Shown here: one piece after another, positions 15,001 through 23,057 of the stretch
Position numbering within the stretch: position 1 is the first letter of the stretch
How the letters are laid out: every line of letters starts with the position of its first letter
Source of the DNA: Laceyella sacchari
GTDB taxonomy: Bacteria > Bacillota > Bacilli > Thermoactinomycetales > Thermoactinomycetaceae
Assembly (NCBI RefSeq): GCF_004343255.1
Contig: NZ_SMDD01000001.1
Location: forward strand, 1,246,738-1,270,737
Direction of reading: 5' to 3'
DNA: 24,000 bases
The notes under the pieces: generated by a model
Told to the model about the DNA's origin: nothing
Databases searched by the model: none
Seen by the model: the letters and a program-made list of their open reading frames with translations, nothing else
Position numbers and translations under genes: made by a program

Positions 15001-15113
15001 GAGTAGCCCCCCTCCTTGAAGGAATGAATAACTTGCTTAGTAAATCCATTCCCTTTCACAAAATTTACTAAACTTAATATACGAAAAAATATATTAATCA
15101 TTGCATGGAGTTA

Positions 15114-15148
15114 CCCAAAAAAATAGAACCCGATGATGAACGGGTTCT
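15114..15148 (-). terminator. lysA terminator
   Basis: Minus strand AGAACCCG...CGGGTTCT followed by ATTTTTTT, just after the lysA stop. Confidence 0.85.
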
Positions 15149-15158
15149 TGCTAAGACG

Positions 15159-16481
15159 TTAGATGATGTTGGACAAAACCGATCTTTTGCGATCATGGCG
15201 GACCAGGTCTTCATATGTTTCCCGTTCCACCACCAAGTCGGCGATACCATCCCGAACAAAGACGACGGCGGGGCGGCGGAGGCGATTATAGTTGCTGGCC
15301 ATGGAATAGCCATAGGCTCCAGTGGAGAGAACCGCAAGGATGTCTCCGCTTGTTACTTGTGGCAGATCGATATCCCAAATAAGCATATCTCCGCTTTCGC
15401 AACATTTGCCCGCGATCGAGACGGTTTCAGTTGCCTCCATCGACGCTTTATTGGCCAGTAGCGCTTCGTACTTCGCTTGGTAAAGGGCGGGTCGGATGTT
15501 ATCGGTCATGCCTCCGTCCACCGCCACATATGTGCGAATCCCCGGAATCTGCTTAATTGAGCCTACGGAGTATAGAGTTGTGCCAGCATTCCCCACAATA
15601 CCGCGCCCCGGTTCAATCCAAATTTCCGGGTTTGGCAAGTTGCGTTTGGACCAGGCAGCTGCCACCTCTTGCGTGATTGTTTCCACGAAGGTTTCGATTT
15701 CCACCGGATCATCTTCATCGGTATACCGAATGCCAAACCCTCCGCCCAAATTAAGCACCTTCACCTCATAACCGGTTTCTTGCCGCACGCTGTCCAAAAA
15801 TTCCCGAATGACCTTGATCGCTTCAACAAATCCTGTAGTATCAAAAATTTGTGATCCAATGTGGACATGAATACCCAATAGATTGAAATGCGTTTTCGCT
15901 AATGCCTGCCGGATCGCAAGCATCGCCTGACCATCAGTCACACCAAAACCGAATTTCGAATCTTCTTGGCCGGTAGCGATGTATTCATGGGTGTGCACTT
16001 CAATCCCTGGCGTGAGGCGAAGCATCACATTGACTTGTATGCCGGATGCGGAAGCCAAATCATGGAGTAAAGCCATCTCATAAAAGTTGTCTACAACATA
16101 ACAGCCTACGCCTGCTTCAAGCGCCATCCGCAATTCTTCTTCCGACTTGTTGTTACCATGAAAATGTATGCGCTCGGCGGGAAATCCAGCTTGGAGGGCA
16201 GTGTACAATTCTCCGCTTGAGACCACATCCAAAGAGAGATTCTCTTCGGCTGCCAGTTGCGCCATCGCGATGCAACTGAATGCTTTGCTGGCGTAAGCGA
16301 CTTGAAAAGTAAATCCGCTTTGTTCGAATGATTTGACAAAACGGCGACTGTTTTCCCTGATCAATGCTTCGTCATAAACATAGAGTGGGGTTCCAAAGGT
16401 TTTAGCCAATTCCACCGTATCGCATCCGCCAATGGTGAGATGGCCTTGACTGCCAATGTGACTCGTGCCGGTTAAGCGCAT
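15159..16481 (-). CDS. lysA: Diaminopimelate decarboxylase
   Basis: 440 aa: 'YASKAFSCIAMAQL', 'HGNNKS', 'GIHVHIGSQI', 'NLGGGFGIRY', 'IEPGRGIVG', 'CCESGDML'. AGGAGG Shine-Dalgarno. Lysine riboswitch upstream. Confidence 0.97.
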   Translation of the reverse strand: MRLTGTSHIGSQGHLTIGGCDTVELAKTFGTPLYVYDEALIRENSRRFVKSFEQSGFTFQVAYASKAFSCIAMAQLAAEENLSLDVVSSGELYTALQAGFPAERIHFHGNNKSEEELRMALEAGVGCYVVDNFYEMALLHDLASASGIQVNVMLRLTPGIEVHTHEYIATGQEDSKFGFGVTDGQAMLAIRQALAKTHFNLLGIHVHIGSQIFDTTGFVEAIKVIREFLDSVRQETGYEVKVLNLGGGFGIRYTDEDDPVEIETFVETITQEVAAAWSKRNLPNPEIWIEPGRGIVGNAGTTLYSVGSIKQIPGIRTYVAVDGGMTDNIRPALYQAKYEALLANKASMEATETVSIAGKCCESGDMLIWDIDLPQVTSGDILAVLSTGAYGYSMASNYNRLRRPAVVFVRDGIADLVVERETYEDLVRHDRKRSVLSNII

Positions 16482-16533
16482 AAAAAAACCTCCTAATCAG
16501 CAATTGATATTAGGAGAGTATAGTCGGGCAATT

Positions 16534-16562
16534 AAAAAATACCATCTGACTATAGACGGCAT
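16534..16562 (-). terminator. Riboswitch expression-platform terminator
   Basis: Minus strand ATGCCGTCT atagtc AGATGGTAT followed by TTTTTT (stem with G-U pairs). Confidence 0.75.
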
Positions 16563-16589
16563 CCCTTATCAAAACCGCACCATAACCAT

Positions 16590-16785
16590 ATCTCCTGAAG
16601 ATAGCACACCACGCATATTAAATGAATATGCGTGACAGTTCTGCCCCTGTTCGGGTACAGACCCAGCATCCCTGCCCAGAGAATGCAGGGAAACTTCGGC
16701 GACTTTTCCTTTCCATGGCCGTCACCGATCTTCTCTGGATCTCAGGTCATGTACTAATAAAAGTCGCAACCTCTACCTCATCAAA
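16590..16785 (-). promoter_or_regulatory. Lysine riboswitch (L box) aptamer upstream of lysA
   Basis: Minus strand GATGAGGTAGAGGTTGCGACTTTTATTAGTA...GGTGACGGCCATGGAAAGGAAAAGTCGCCGAAG...GCTGGGTCTGTACCCGAACAGGGGCAGAACTGTCACGC...GCTATCTTC matches the conserved L-box core. Confidence 0.93.
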
Positions 16786-17001
16786 GCCATGATGAGGTTT
16801 TGTTTTATGCAGTTGTCATTTAATGTGTCTTAGTATAGCATGCTATGGCGACGGTGTGAAGAGGAAAACGGATTCTTTACAATCCTTTTAATGCTTACTC
16901 ACTGTAATAGCAGAGCATGGCTGGGTGGGATTGAAAAATCGAAATAGCAATGGTCTGTTACAATATGGTTGGAATGAGCAAAGAAAGGGGCATGATCGAT
17001 C

Positions 17002-18090
17002 ATGCATCAATGCAAAACGCTGTTGTCTGCCATCTCCATTCAGTATCCGATTATCCAAGCACCAATGGCCGGAGGAGTGACGACTCCCGAATTGGTGGCA
17101 GCCGTGTCAAATGCCGGTGGGCTCGGCTCATTGGGCGCCGGATATTTGTCCCCATCGAAACTGCGAGCGGAGATCAAGCAGATCCGCAGGCTGACATCCA
17201 AGCCCTTCGCCGTCAACCTCTTTATTCCTGAACAACCAACGCATGTAGATGAAAAAAGCTTAACGGATCTCATCGGGCAGCTCAAGCCAATTTGTGATGA
17301 ATTGGGGATAGATGCGGAACAACTGACGATCGATTATCAGGACCAATTTGACGAGCAATTTGCCGTCGTCGTGGAAGAGCGGGTTCCTGTCTTCAGTTTC
17401 ACTTTTGGCCTATTGCCTTCCGAAAAGATGGAACAATGCAAAAAAGCAGGCATCTTTGTCATGGGCACTGCTACTACGGTACATGAAGCCATGCAATTGG
17501 AACGGCTCGGCGTCAACGCCGTTGTGGCACAGGGGAGTGAAGCCGGTGGGCACCGAGGTACATTTGCCCACGCTTATCACGAGGCCATGATTGGCACCAT
17601 GGCATTGGTTCCACAGGTGGCCGATCACGTCAGGGTGCCAGTTATTGCCGCTGGTGGGATTATGGATGCCAGAGGAATCGCTGCCAGCTTTGCTTTGGGG
17701 GCTTCTGCAGTGCAGATGGGAACGGCGTTTATCCCATGCGAAGAGAGCGGGGCCCATCCATTATATAAACAAGCGCTTATCGTGGCTTCCGAAGAACTGG
17801 TTGCCGTGACTTCGTCAATTACCGGAAAAGCAGTGCGCGGCTTGCGCAACAGGCTAATGGATTTAGCCGAACAGTTGCCTGAGACGTTGCCGTATCCATT
17901 ACAGCATGTTTTGACACAACACATCCGCAAAGCAGCAGCAGAGCAATTACGGCCAGAGTGGATGTCAATGTGGGCAGGGCAAGGTATCCGATTGGCGAGA
18001 CAACAGAGCGCCCAGGAACTGGTAAATCGATTAGCCCAGGAAACAGACATTATTATCAGAATGTTGAAACTACAGGGAATTGACAAATGA
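17002..18090 (+). CDS. Nitronate monooxygenase (2-nitropropane dioxygenase-like)
   Basis: 'PIIQAPMAGGVTTPELVAAVSNAGGLGSLGAGYLSP', 'NAVVAQGSEAGGHRG', 'VPVIAAGGIMDARGIAASFALGASAVQMGTAF'. Confidence 0.92.
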   Translation: MHQCKTLLSAISIQYPIIQAPMAGGVTTPELVAAVSNAGGLGSLGAGYLSPSKLRAEIKQIRRLTSKPFAVNLFIPEQPTHVDEKSLTDLIGQLKPICDELGIDAEQLTIDYQDQFDEQFAVVVEERVPVFSFTFGLLPSEKMEQCKKAGIFVMGTATTVHEAMQLERLGVNAVVAQGSEAGGHRGTFAHAYHEAMIGTMALVPQVADHVRVPVIAAGGIMDARGIAASFALGASAVQMGTAFIPCEESGAHPLYKQALIVASEELVAVTSSITGKAVRGLRNRLMDLAEQLPETLPYPLQHVLTQHIRKAAAEQLRPEWMSMWAGQGIRLARQQSAQELVNRLAQETDIIIRMLKLQGIDK

Positions 18091-18165
18091 AATAAACAAA
18101 AATAACAAACTGCAATCTATTTCAGATTGGTTTGCATTATAAACATGGAGGGATTGCAATAGGAC

Positions 18166-18181
18166 GTCTCTGTACAGAGAC
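18166..18181. repeat. 16-bp perfect palindrome GTCTCTGTACAGAGAC just downstream of the tyrosine recombinase
   Basis: Exact palindrome; with flanks GGGATGTCTCTGTACAGAGACGTCC on the minus strand it could be a weak terminator. Confidence 0.7.
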
Positions 18182-18190
18182 ATCCCTTAG

Positions 18191-19234
18191 TTACATCAAT
18201 TCATCCAGGCGATCCAACTCTTCATCCTTTTGATCATTGACAACGTGTGTATAAATCTGCGTTGTGTTGATGGAGGAATGGCCCAAAATTTCTTGCACTA
18301 CGCGGATATTGGCGCCGTTGGAGAGCAAGAGGGTAGCCAGTGTATGACGCAATTTATGTGGCGAAATGTTTTTTGCTTTGGGAGGCAAATCCGCTTCTTT
18401 CACATATTTGTTGATGATTTTATTGATAGAGACGCGACTGATCCGACCGCCGTTCCGATTTAAAAACAATGCTGATTCATGTCCTGGTGCCGGGGTAGGC
18501 CGTACCGCCATATAATCCTTGAGAGCGGTGGTGGCGGTGTTGTTCAGCTTTAGCATCCGCTCTTTGTTCCCCTTACCCAAAACAACGATACGAACGGTCC
18601 CTTTCTGTTCTTGAATGCTGGTTGTATCGAGGCGCACTAACTCAGAAACGCGCAATCCGGTATTAAGAAAAATGAGGAGGATGGCCAGATCCCGATACCG
18701 CAGCCAGCTCAAGCGTTTGTAGTTTCTCATATCGAAGAAGTCATGGACACTGTGAACCAAACGCAAGGCTTCATCATGCGTTAAAAAAACGGGAACGCGT
18801 TGTTTGTTGCGGGCGCGTAATGTCACATCCTCAAACTCAGTCATGGGGTTGCGATCCAGCGCTCCGCATTTAACCAAATACCGAAACAGGGATTGGAGCG
18901 AAGCCCGTTTGCGATTTTTGCCCGCATGCGAATTCTCCCGCACCTGTACTGTTTCAACAACTCTTCCATTGATCTTTCTGGTTACTTTGCGCTCATACCC
19001 ATGTTCGATATATCGAAAAAAGCGCTTGATCGTGCGACCGGTCACATCTTCAAGTTCGTGCCCATGTTCTTCCAAATAATCAAAAAACAGTTTAAAGTCG
19101 TATACATACGCCGCGACTGTTTCGATGGAACGGTCGGCACTGATCATCTCCAATATGTACTCTTGGACATCTTCAGGAAGTTCCATGGCTAAGCGATTGA
19201 TATTTTCTGGTAATTTGCGTGATAAGTATTTCAT
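18191..19234 (-). CDS. Tyrosine recombinase / integrase (XerC/XerS-like)
   Basis: 347 aa with catalytic motifs 'NTGLRVSELVRL', 'VLGKGNKER', 'SPHKLRHTLATLLLSNG', 'VQEILGHSSINTTQIYTHV'. Confidence 0.95.
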   Translation of the reverse strand: MKYLSRKLPENINRLAMELPEDVQEYILEMISADRSIETVAAYVYDFKLFFDYLEEHGHELEDVTGRTIKRFFRYIEHGYERKVTRKINGRVVETVQVRENSHAGKNRKRASLQSLFRYLVKCGALDRNPMTEFEDVTLRARNKQRVPVFLTHDEALRLVHSVHDFFDMRNYKRLSWLRYRDLAILLIFLNTGLRVSELVRLDTTSIQEQKGTVRIVVLGKGNKERMLKLNNTATTALKDYMAVRPTPAPGHESALFLNRNGGRISRVSINKIINKYVKEADLPPKAKNISPHKLRHTLATLLLSNGANIRVVQEILGHSSINTTQIYTHVVNDQKDEELDRLDELM

Positions 19235-19655
19235 CGTTGCTTCACTCCGGTGTGAATTATGATAAAAAACAGGTTAGTATGTTTGGAAAAGAAGTCAAAA
19301 ATGAAAAATTGGGGAGACCTATGGGATTCAGACGAAAAATAAAAGGCCTTTTCGGTCGCTATTGGTTTACAAAATCATATAATCCGCCAAAAGTCTTGGT
19401 ATTCCTGGACTTTCGGCTTTCCGCCGATTAATTTTTCGTATGGTTTTGCAACGTAATGGGGGGGTAACGAGAGAACCTCATAAAAAACATCGCTCCTCCA
19501 TTCTTATTATCAAGTTGCTGACCTTGTAGCTACGACAGAGACCGGGTGGATACAATCCATTTTTTCACTCCGCAAGGGAAACCGACTTGCAATGACGATG
19601 CCACAACAGGATTAGTAGCCCTGGCAGATGCTAAAGAGCCTATTTTTTCGCCGTA

Positions 19656-19687
19656 TTGGTTAACGAAACGATTCTTTCGTTAACCAA
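19656..19687. repeat. 13-bp perfect inverted repeat TTGGTTAACGAAA-cgattc-TTTCGTTAACCAA
   Basis: Arms 19656-19668 and 19675-19687 with 6-bp spacer. Confidence 0.95.
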
Positions 19688-19795
19688 CTATTATTATAGT
19701 AAAATCGAAACTGAAGGTCATTGTTTTTCTTGTTGAATTCACAATAAATATATAAAACGAATCATCTGTTAATATCTTGTAGATCAGAGAGAAAA

Positions 19796-20300
19796 TTACA
19801 ACCGTTGCAATTTGGAAACCAATCGGTACCCCAAAGATTCGTACAGGCGAATGGCGGGGACATTGTCATCAAACACATACAAGTACACATCTGAAGAGTA
19901 TTCTCTCGCTCGGCGGGTCAACTCCGTTGTAATGATCCGCCCCCAACCTTGCCTTCTTCGGCTCACCGTTGTCCCGATATTGCCAAGTTCGACATAGACA
20001 GGATCATAAAAAGGTACTCCCGACGTCTCCATCGGGAAGATTTAATTCTTCCTTGAGATAAGTCAGCAGGGAGCGGATACAAACCTCTTCCTAAAATAAT
20101 GCATACGAAAAAGCATGAAACGGCAATCCATACAGATAGGCTAGCACACCCAGTAAGCGGCCATCTGATGAGAATTGTCCGTAATGGACTGTTTGTTGCC
20201 GTCTGACCGTGAGATAGGTGAAGTAAAGCAGATTACTTTCTTTACCGATCTTCGCCAATAATTCATCCAGCTCATTCGGTTGTAATCGTCTATGATACAT
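19796..20300 (-). pseudogene. Disrupted GNAT acetyltransferase
   Basis: N-part MYHRRLQPNELDELLAKIGKESNLLYFTYLTVRRQQTVHYGQFSSDGRLLGVLAYLYGLPFHAFSYALF, in-frame TAG, EEVCIRSLLTYLKEELNLPDGD, then a frameshift to ...METSGVPFYDPVYVELGNIGTTVSRRRQGWGRIITTELTRRAREYSSDVYLYVFDDNVPAIRLYESLGYRLVSKLQRL. Confidence 0.65.
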
Positions 20301-20400
20301 ACACTCACTCTCCTTTCAGCATGATTATGACACAGATTGTCGAAATCGCAATCATCGCTTACGATAAAGAGGCAGTTCTCTTAATTAGGAGGTTGGACAG

Positions 20401-21015
20401 TTGCTATTAAAATTCAGGATTTGGCACATTCCGTTGCACATACTTCTCTTTGCCGGATTGTTTTATGGAATGCACCGATGGCAGGAAACGAGGCAATATG
20501 AAAAAGGGGCTTTGTATTTCTCTGGAGATGTAATCGGCTATATCTTTTTATTTGCGCTCGCTAGTGTGGCATTGTTATTTTCTCTCTATTGGAACCGACG
20601 TGCCCGGATGTTTTGGCTGATTGTCGGCATCCCCGTATTGTTGTTTGCGGGCTTCAAGTATTATCAAAATTTCGATTATGGCATACGGGTGGATCACCAA
20701 AAAATCACTGTGAACGACCAAGTTTACGCATGGTCGGACATTAAGTCGGCGACTGCGGATTGGATCGGCAAAGCCTCCGCGAGAAACCTTTATTTTGAAT
20801 ACACTCTCACCTTCAAAGATGGATCGTCGATCGATCTGTTGAGCGAGGAGTTCGATGCTGCGAAAATCAACATGATTCACGAAAAAGTCCTCCAATCTAA
20901 GATTCCGTTCATTGTACGAACTCCACTCAATGAGAAGGTGATCAAGCGAATTGAACGGTCTTACAGTAAGGAAGAGGTTGCTTTGCTTAAACGTCTTTTT
21001 ACCGTTGACAAATGA
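20401..21015 (+). CDS. Hypothetical membrane protein (204 aa)
   Basis: Hydrophobic segments followed by a PH-like soluble region; strong terminator downstream. Confidence 0.8.
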   Translation: MLLKFRIWHIPLHILLFAGLFYGMHRWQETRQYEKGALYFSGDVIGYIFLFALASVALLFSLYWNRRARMFWLIVGIPVLLFAGFKYYQNFDYGIRVDHQKITVNDQVYAWSDIKSATADWIGKASARNLYFEYTLTFKDGSSIDLLSEEFDAAKINMIHEKVLQSKIPFIVRTPLNEKVIKRIERSYSKEEVALLKRLFTVDK

Positions 21016-21041
21016 AGCGGTGCAGGATACAATGCAAACAC

Positions 21042-21072
21042 AAAAGATCAAGGCATGCCTTGATCTTTTTTT
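21042..21072 (+). terminator. Intrinsic terminator
   Basis: AAAGATCAAGGCATGCCTTGATCTTTTTTT, near-perfect palindrome plus T-run. Confidence 0.9.
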
Positions 21073-21246
21073 AAAACAATCGAATCGAATGGTAGAAAAG
21101 TCTCGTAGTTGCCAATTTCTGAAACATCATTCTTTTATTCATATTCAAATAGAAAGTGTCGTATGTAATATTTTCTATTAGACTGATACAGATTAAACAA
21201 CATGATATAATCGTTTAAATAACTACTATCGGAGTGAACAATATTC

Positions 21247-21792
21247 ATGAGTATTGATCAGAACATCTTGAATCATCTGTATAAGTCTCAAAAAAAGGAA
21301 CTCCCGTATCAACCCGGGGACAGAGTGCAGGTTCGTATAACTAAGTTGGTTGATTACGGCGCATTTGCAGTGACAAAAGACGAGCATATGGCCTCAGGCT
21401 TGATTCATATCTCACAAATTCCTGAACATGTGGAACTACATACCCAGCAAATCATTGAAGCGGAAATCCGCCAAGTCAAAGAAGATAATAAGCTGGAACT
21501 CAGTCTGGCGTATCATGACAAAAAGGAAAACCCCTTTCAAGTTTTGGCCAGTATCAAAGCTCCCTTACCCGAGCAACAACCACCTGCGGATGAGATTCAG
21601 GAAATCATCCAGTATCTTTCCAAAGAATTCGGGTTAGTTTCGGAAGAGTCCAAACAAAAAGTGGAAGCGATGGTGCGGAAGATGGGCGTGTTTCATTTTA
21701 CCATGGCCATGATGAAGGCCTTGCCCACTTTTAAGCGGGACCTGGTCCATCATTTCCTTAAGGAGATGGAGCAAAGGGGGAATCATCTTTGA
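21247..21792 (+). CDS. S1 RNA-binding domain protein
   Basis: 'PGDRVQVRITKLVDYGAFAVTKDEHMASGLIHISQIPEHVELHTQQIIEAEIRQVKEDNKLELSL'. Confidence 0.9.
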   Translation: MSIDQNILNHLYKSQKKELPYQPGDRVQVRITKLVDYGAFAVTKDEHMASGLIHISQIPEHVELHTQQIIEAEIRQVKEDNKLELSLAYHDKKENPFQVLASIKAPLPEQQPPADEIQEIIQYLSKEFGLVSEESKQKVEAMVRKMGVFHFTMAMMKALPTFKRDLVHHFLKEMEQRGNHL

Positions 21793-21844
21793 CCCGGTTC
21801 GTTTCCACTTCACCCGCCATCTGCGGGAACGGGTAGAGGAAAGA

Positions 21845-22033
21845 TTGAGGAAAAAGCTTTCTGGCCATGACATCCACCAATTGATTCGAGAGAGCCAGGT
21901 CATATTGCAGACAGCAGACCATCTGTACCTTTATCATCCGGGCGAGAACATCCGTTTTCCGTGCATCAAAGACGGCGACCAGTGGGTAATCAAATCCGTC
22001 ATGATCCATGGAATGTGGATGGAAGCAAAATAA
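21845..22033 (+). CDS. Hypothetical protein (at least 62 aa); coding appears to extend upstream to about 21779
   Basis: TTG-start ORF in the track. The same frame upstream reads GGIIFDPVRFHFTRHLRERVEERLRKKLSGHD..., protein-like, with AAAGGGGG nearby. Confidence 0.5.
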   Translation: MRKKLSGHDIHQLIRESQVILQTADHLYLYHPGENIRFPCIKDGDQWVIKSVMIHGMWMEAK

Positions 22034-22044
22034 ATGATCAAAGC

Positions 22045-22091
22045 AATCAAAAGCCGTGCATTCTCGTGCAATGAATGCACGGCTTTTGATT
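22045..22091 (+). terminator. Long hairpin, likely terminator
   Basis: 19-bp perfect inverted repeat AATCAAAAGCCGTGCATTC / GAATGCACGGCTTTTGATT with 9-nt loop. Confidence 0.65.
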
Positions 22092-22129
22092 TGTTGTACG
22101 CTTATACTTGCTTTCAAAGGGGGATAAAA

Positions 22130-22990
22130 ATGGATTGGGTTAATAAGATGAACGATGCGATTACTTATATTGAAGAACACATCACAGAAGATATTTCTTA
22201 CTCAGAAGCAGCCAGAGTTGCCTGTTGTTCCACTTATCACTTCCAACGCATGTTTTCATACATCACGGATGTGCCCCTGTCAGAGTACATACGTCGCCGA
22301 CGCTTGACCTTGGCGGCATTTGAATTGCAGAACAGTCGTATCAAAGTGATCGATTTGGCGCTTAAATACAACTATGATTCGCCGGAAGCGTTTACCCGCG
22401 CATTTCATGCCCTACATGGCCTAACTCCAACTGAGGCGAGAAAAGCCGGAACGAAATTGAAAGCATACCCCCGCATTTCCTTCCAACTGACCATCAAAGG
22501 AGTGACTGAGTTAAATTACAGGATCGAAACGTTAAGCGAATTTTCAATCGTAGGAATTCGCGAGCGTATCCGTACCCAAGACGCATTTCACACTGTGCCT
22601 CAGATATGGGCTGGTGCAACAGAGCAAGGGCTTTTGACAAAACTGTGGGAAATGCGTATGAACAATCATGCATTGCAAGGGATATTGGGCGTTTGCGCTG
22701 ATGGTGACTTTGGCGCGAATGAAGAGTTTGACTATATTATGGCTGTCGTCTCTGACCAAACGCCGCCGAAAGGGATGACCTCCTTGGATTTTCCGCCAAC
22801 CATGTGGGCTGTCTTTGACATAGACGGGCCACCGGAAAGATTGCAAGAAATCTGGAAGCGGTTGTACACTGAATGGGTTCCGACTTCAGCATATGAACTG
22901 GCTCATTTGCCGGCAATCGAATGCTATCTTCCAAGAGAGGCACATCGCAATGAGCTTTGGGTTCCTATCATGAAGAAAGGGGATCAATGA
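22130..22990 (+). CDS. AraC-family transcriptional regulator with GyrI-like effector domain
   Basis: 'MDWVNKMNDAITYIEEHITEDISYSEAARVACCSTYHFQRMFSYITDVPLSEYIRRRRLTLAAFELQNSRIKVIDLALKYNYDSPEAFTRAFHALHGLTPTEARK'. Start reset from 22034 to 22130 (AAGGGGG Shine-Dalgarno) because the upstream hairpin lies in the extended ORF. Confidence 0.9.
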   Translation: MDWVNKMNDAITYIEEHITEDISYSEAARVACCSTYHFQRMFSYITDVPLSEYIRRRRLTLAAFELQNSRIKVIDLALKYNYDSPEAFTRAFHALHGLTPTEARKAGTKLKAYPRISFQLTIKGVTELNYRIETLSEFSIVGIRERIRTQDAFHTVPQIWAGATEQGLLTKLWEMRMNNHALQGILGVCADGDFGANEEFDYIMAVVSDQTPPKGMTSLDFPPTMWAVFDIDGPPERLQEIWKRLYTEWVPTSAYELAHLPAIECYLPREAHRNELWVPIMKKGDQ

Positions 22991-23018
22991 TCGTATTCAT
23001 ACTCATTGAAGAACGCAA

Positions 23019-23055
23019 AAAAGGCTTCTGTCCTCCAATTGGACAGAAGCCTTTT
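23019..23055. terminator. Bidirectional intrinsic terminator between convergent genes
   Basis: AAAAGGCTTCTGTCC / GGACAGAAGCCTTTT, 15-bp perfect inverted repeat. Confidence 0.9.
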
Positions 23056-23057
23056 CA

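Noticed and set aside
14660-15019. 119 aa plus-strand ORF
   Set aside because: The opposite strand encodes a recognisable, though frameshifted, protein with a good start and Shine-Dalgarno.
15105-16339. ORFs antisense to or in alternative frames of lysA
   Set aside because: The lysA frame is unambiguous.
19521-19683. 53-codon open frame ending ...TCNDDATTGLVALADAKEPIFSPYWLTKRFFR*
   Set aside because: No suitable start codon or ribosome binding site, and no recognisable family; it could be a remnant but is not supportable as a feature.
22034-22129. N-terminal extension of the AraC-family regulator given by the track
   Set aside because: The extension would translate the 19-bp inverted repeat (terminator-like); a Shine-Dalgarno and ATG at 22130 fit the family N-terminus.
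21758-22180. 140 aa minus-strand ORF
   Set aside because: It overlaps the S1 gene end, a perfect hairpin and the AraC gene start; the plus-strand reading at 21779-22033 looks more protein-like.
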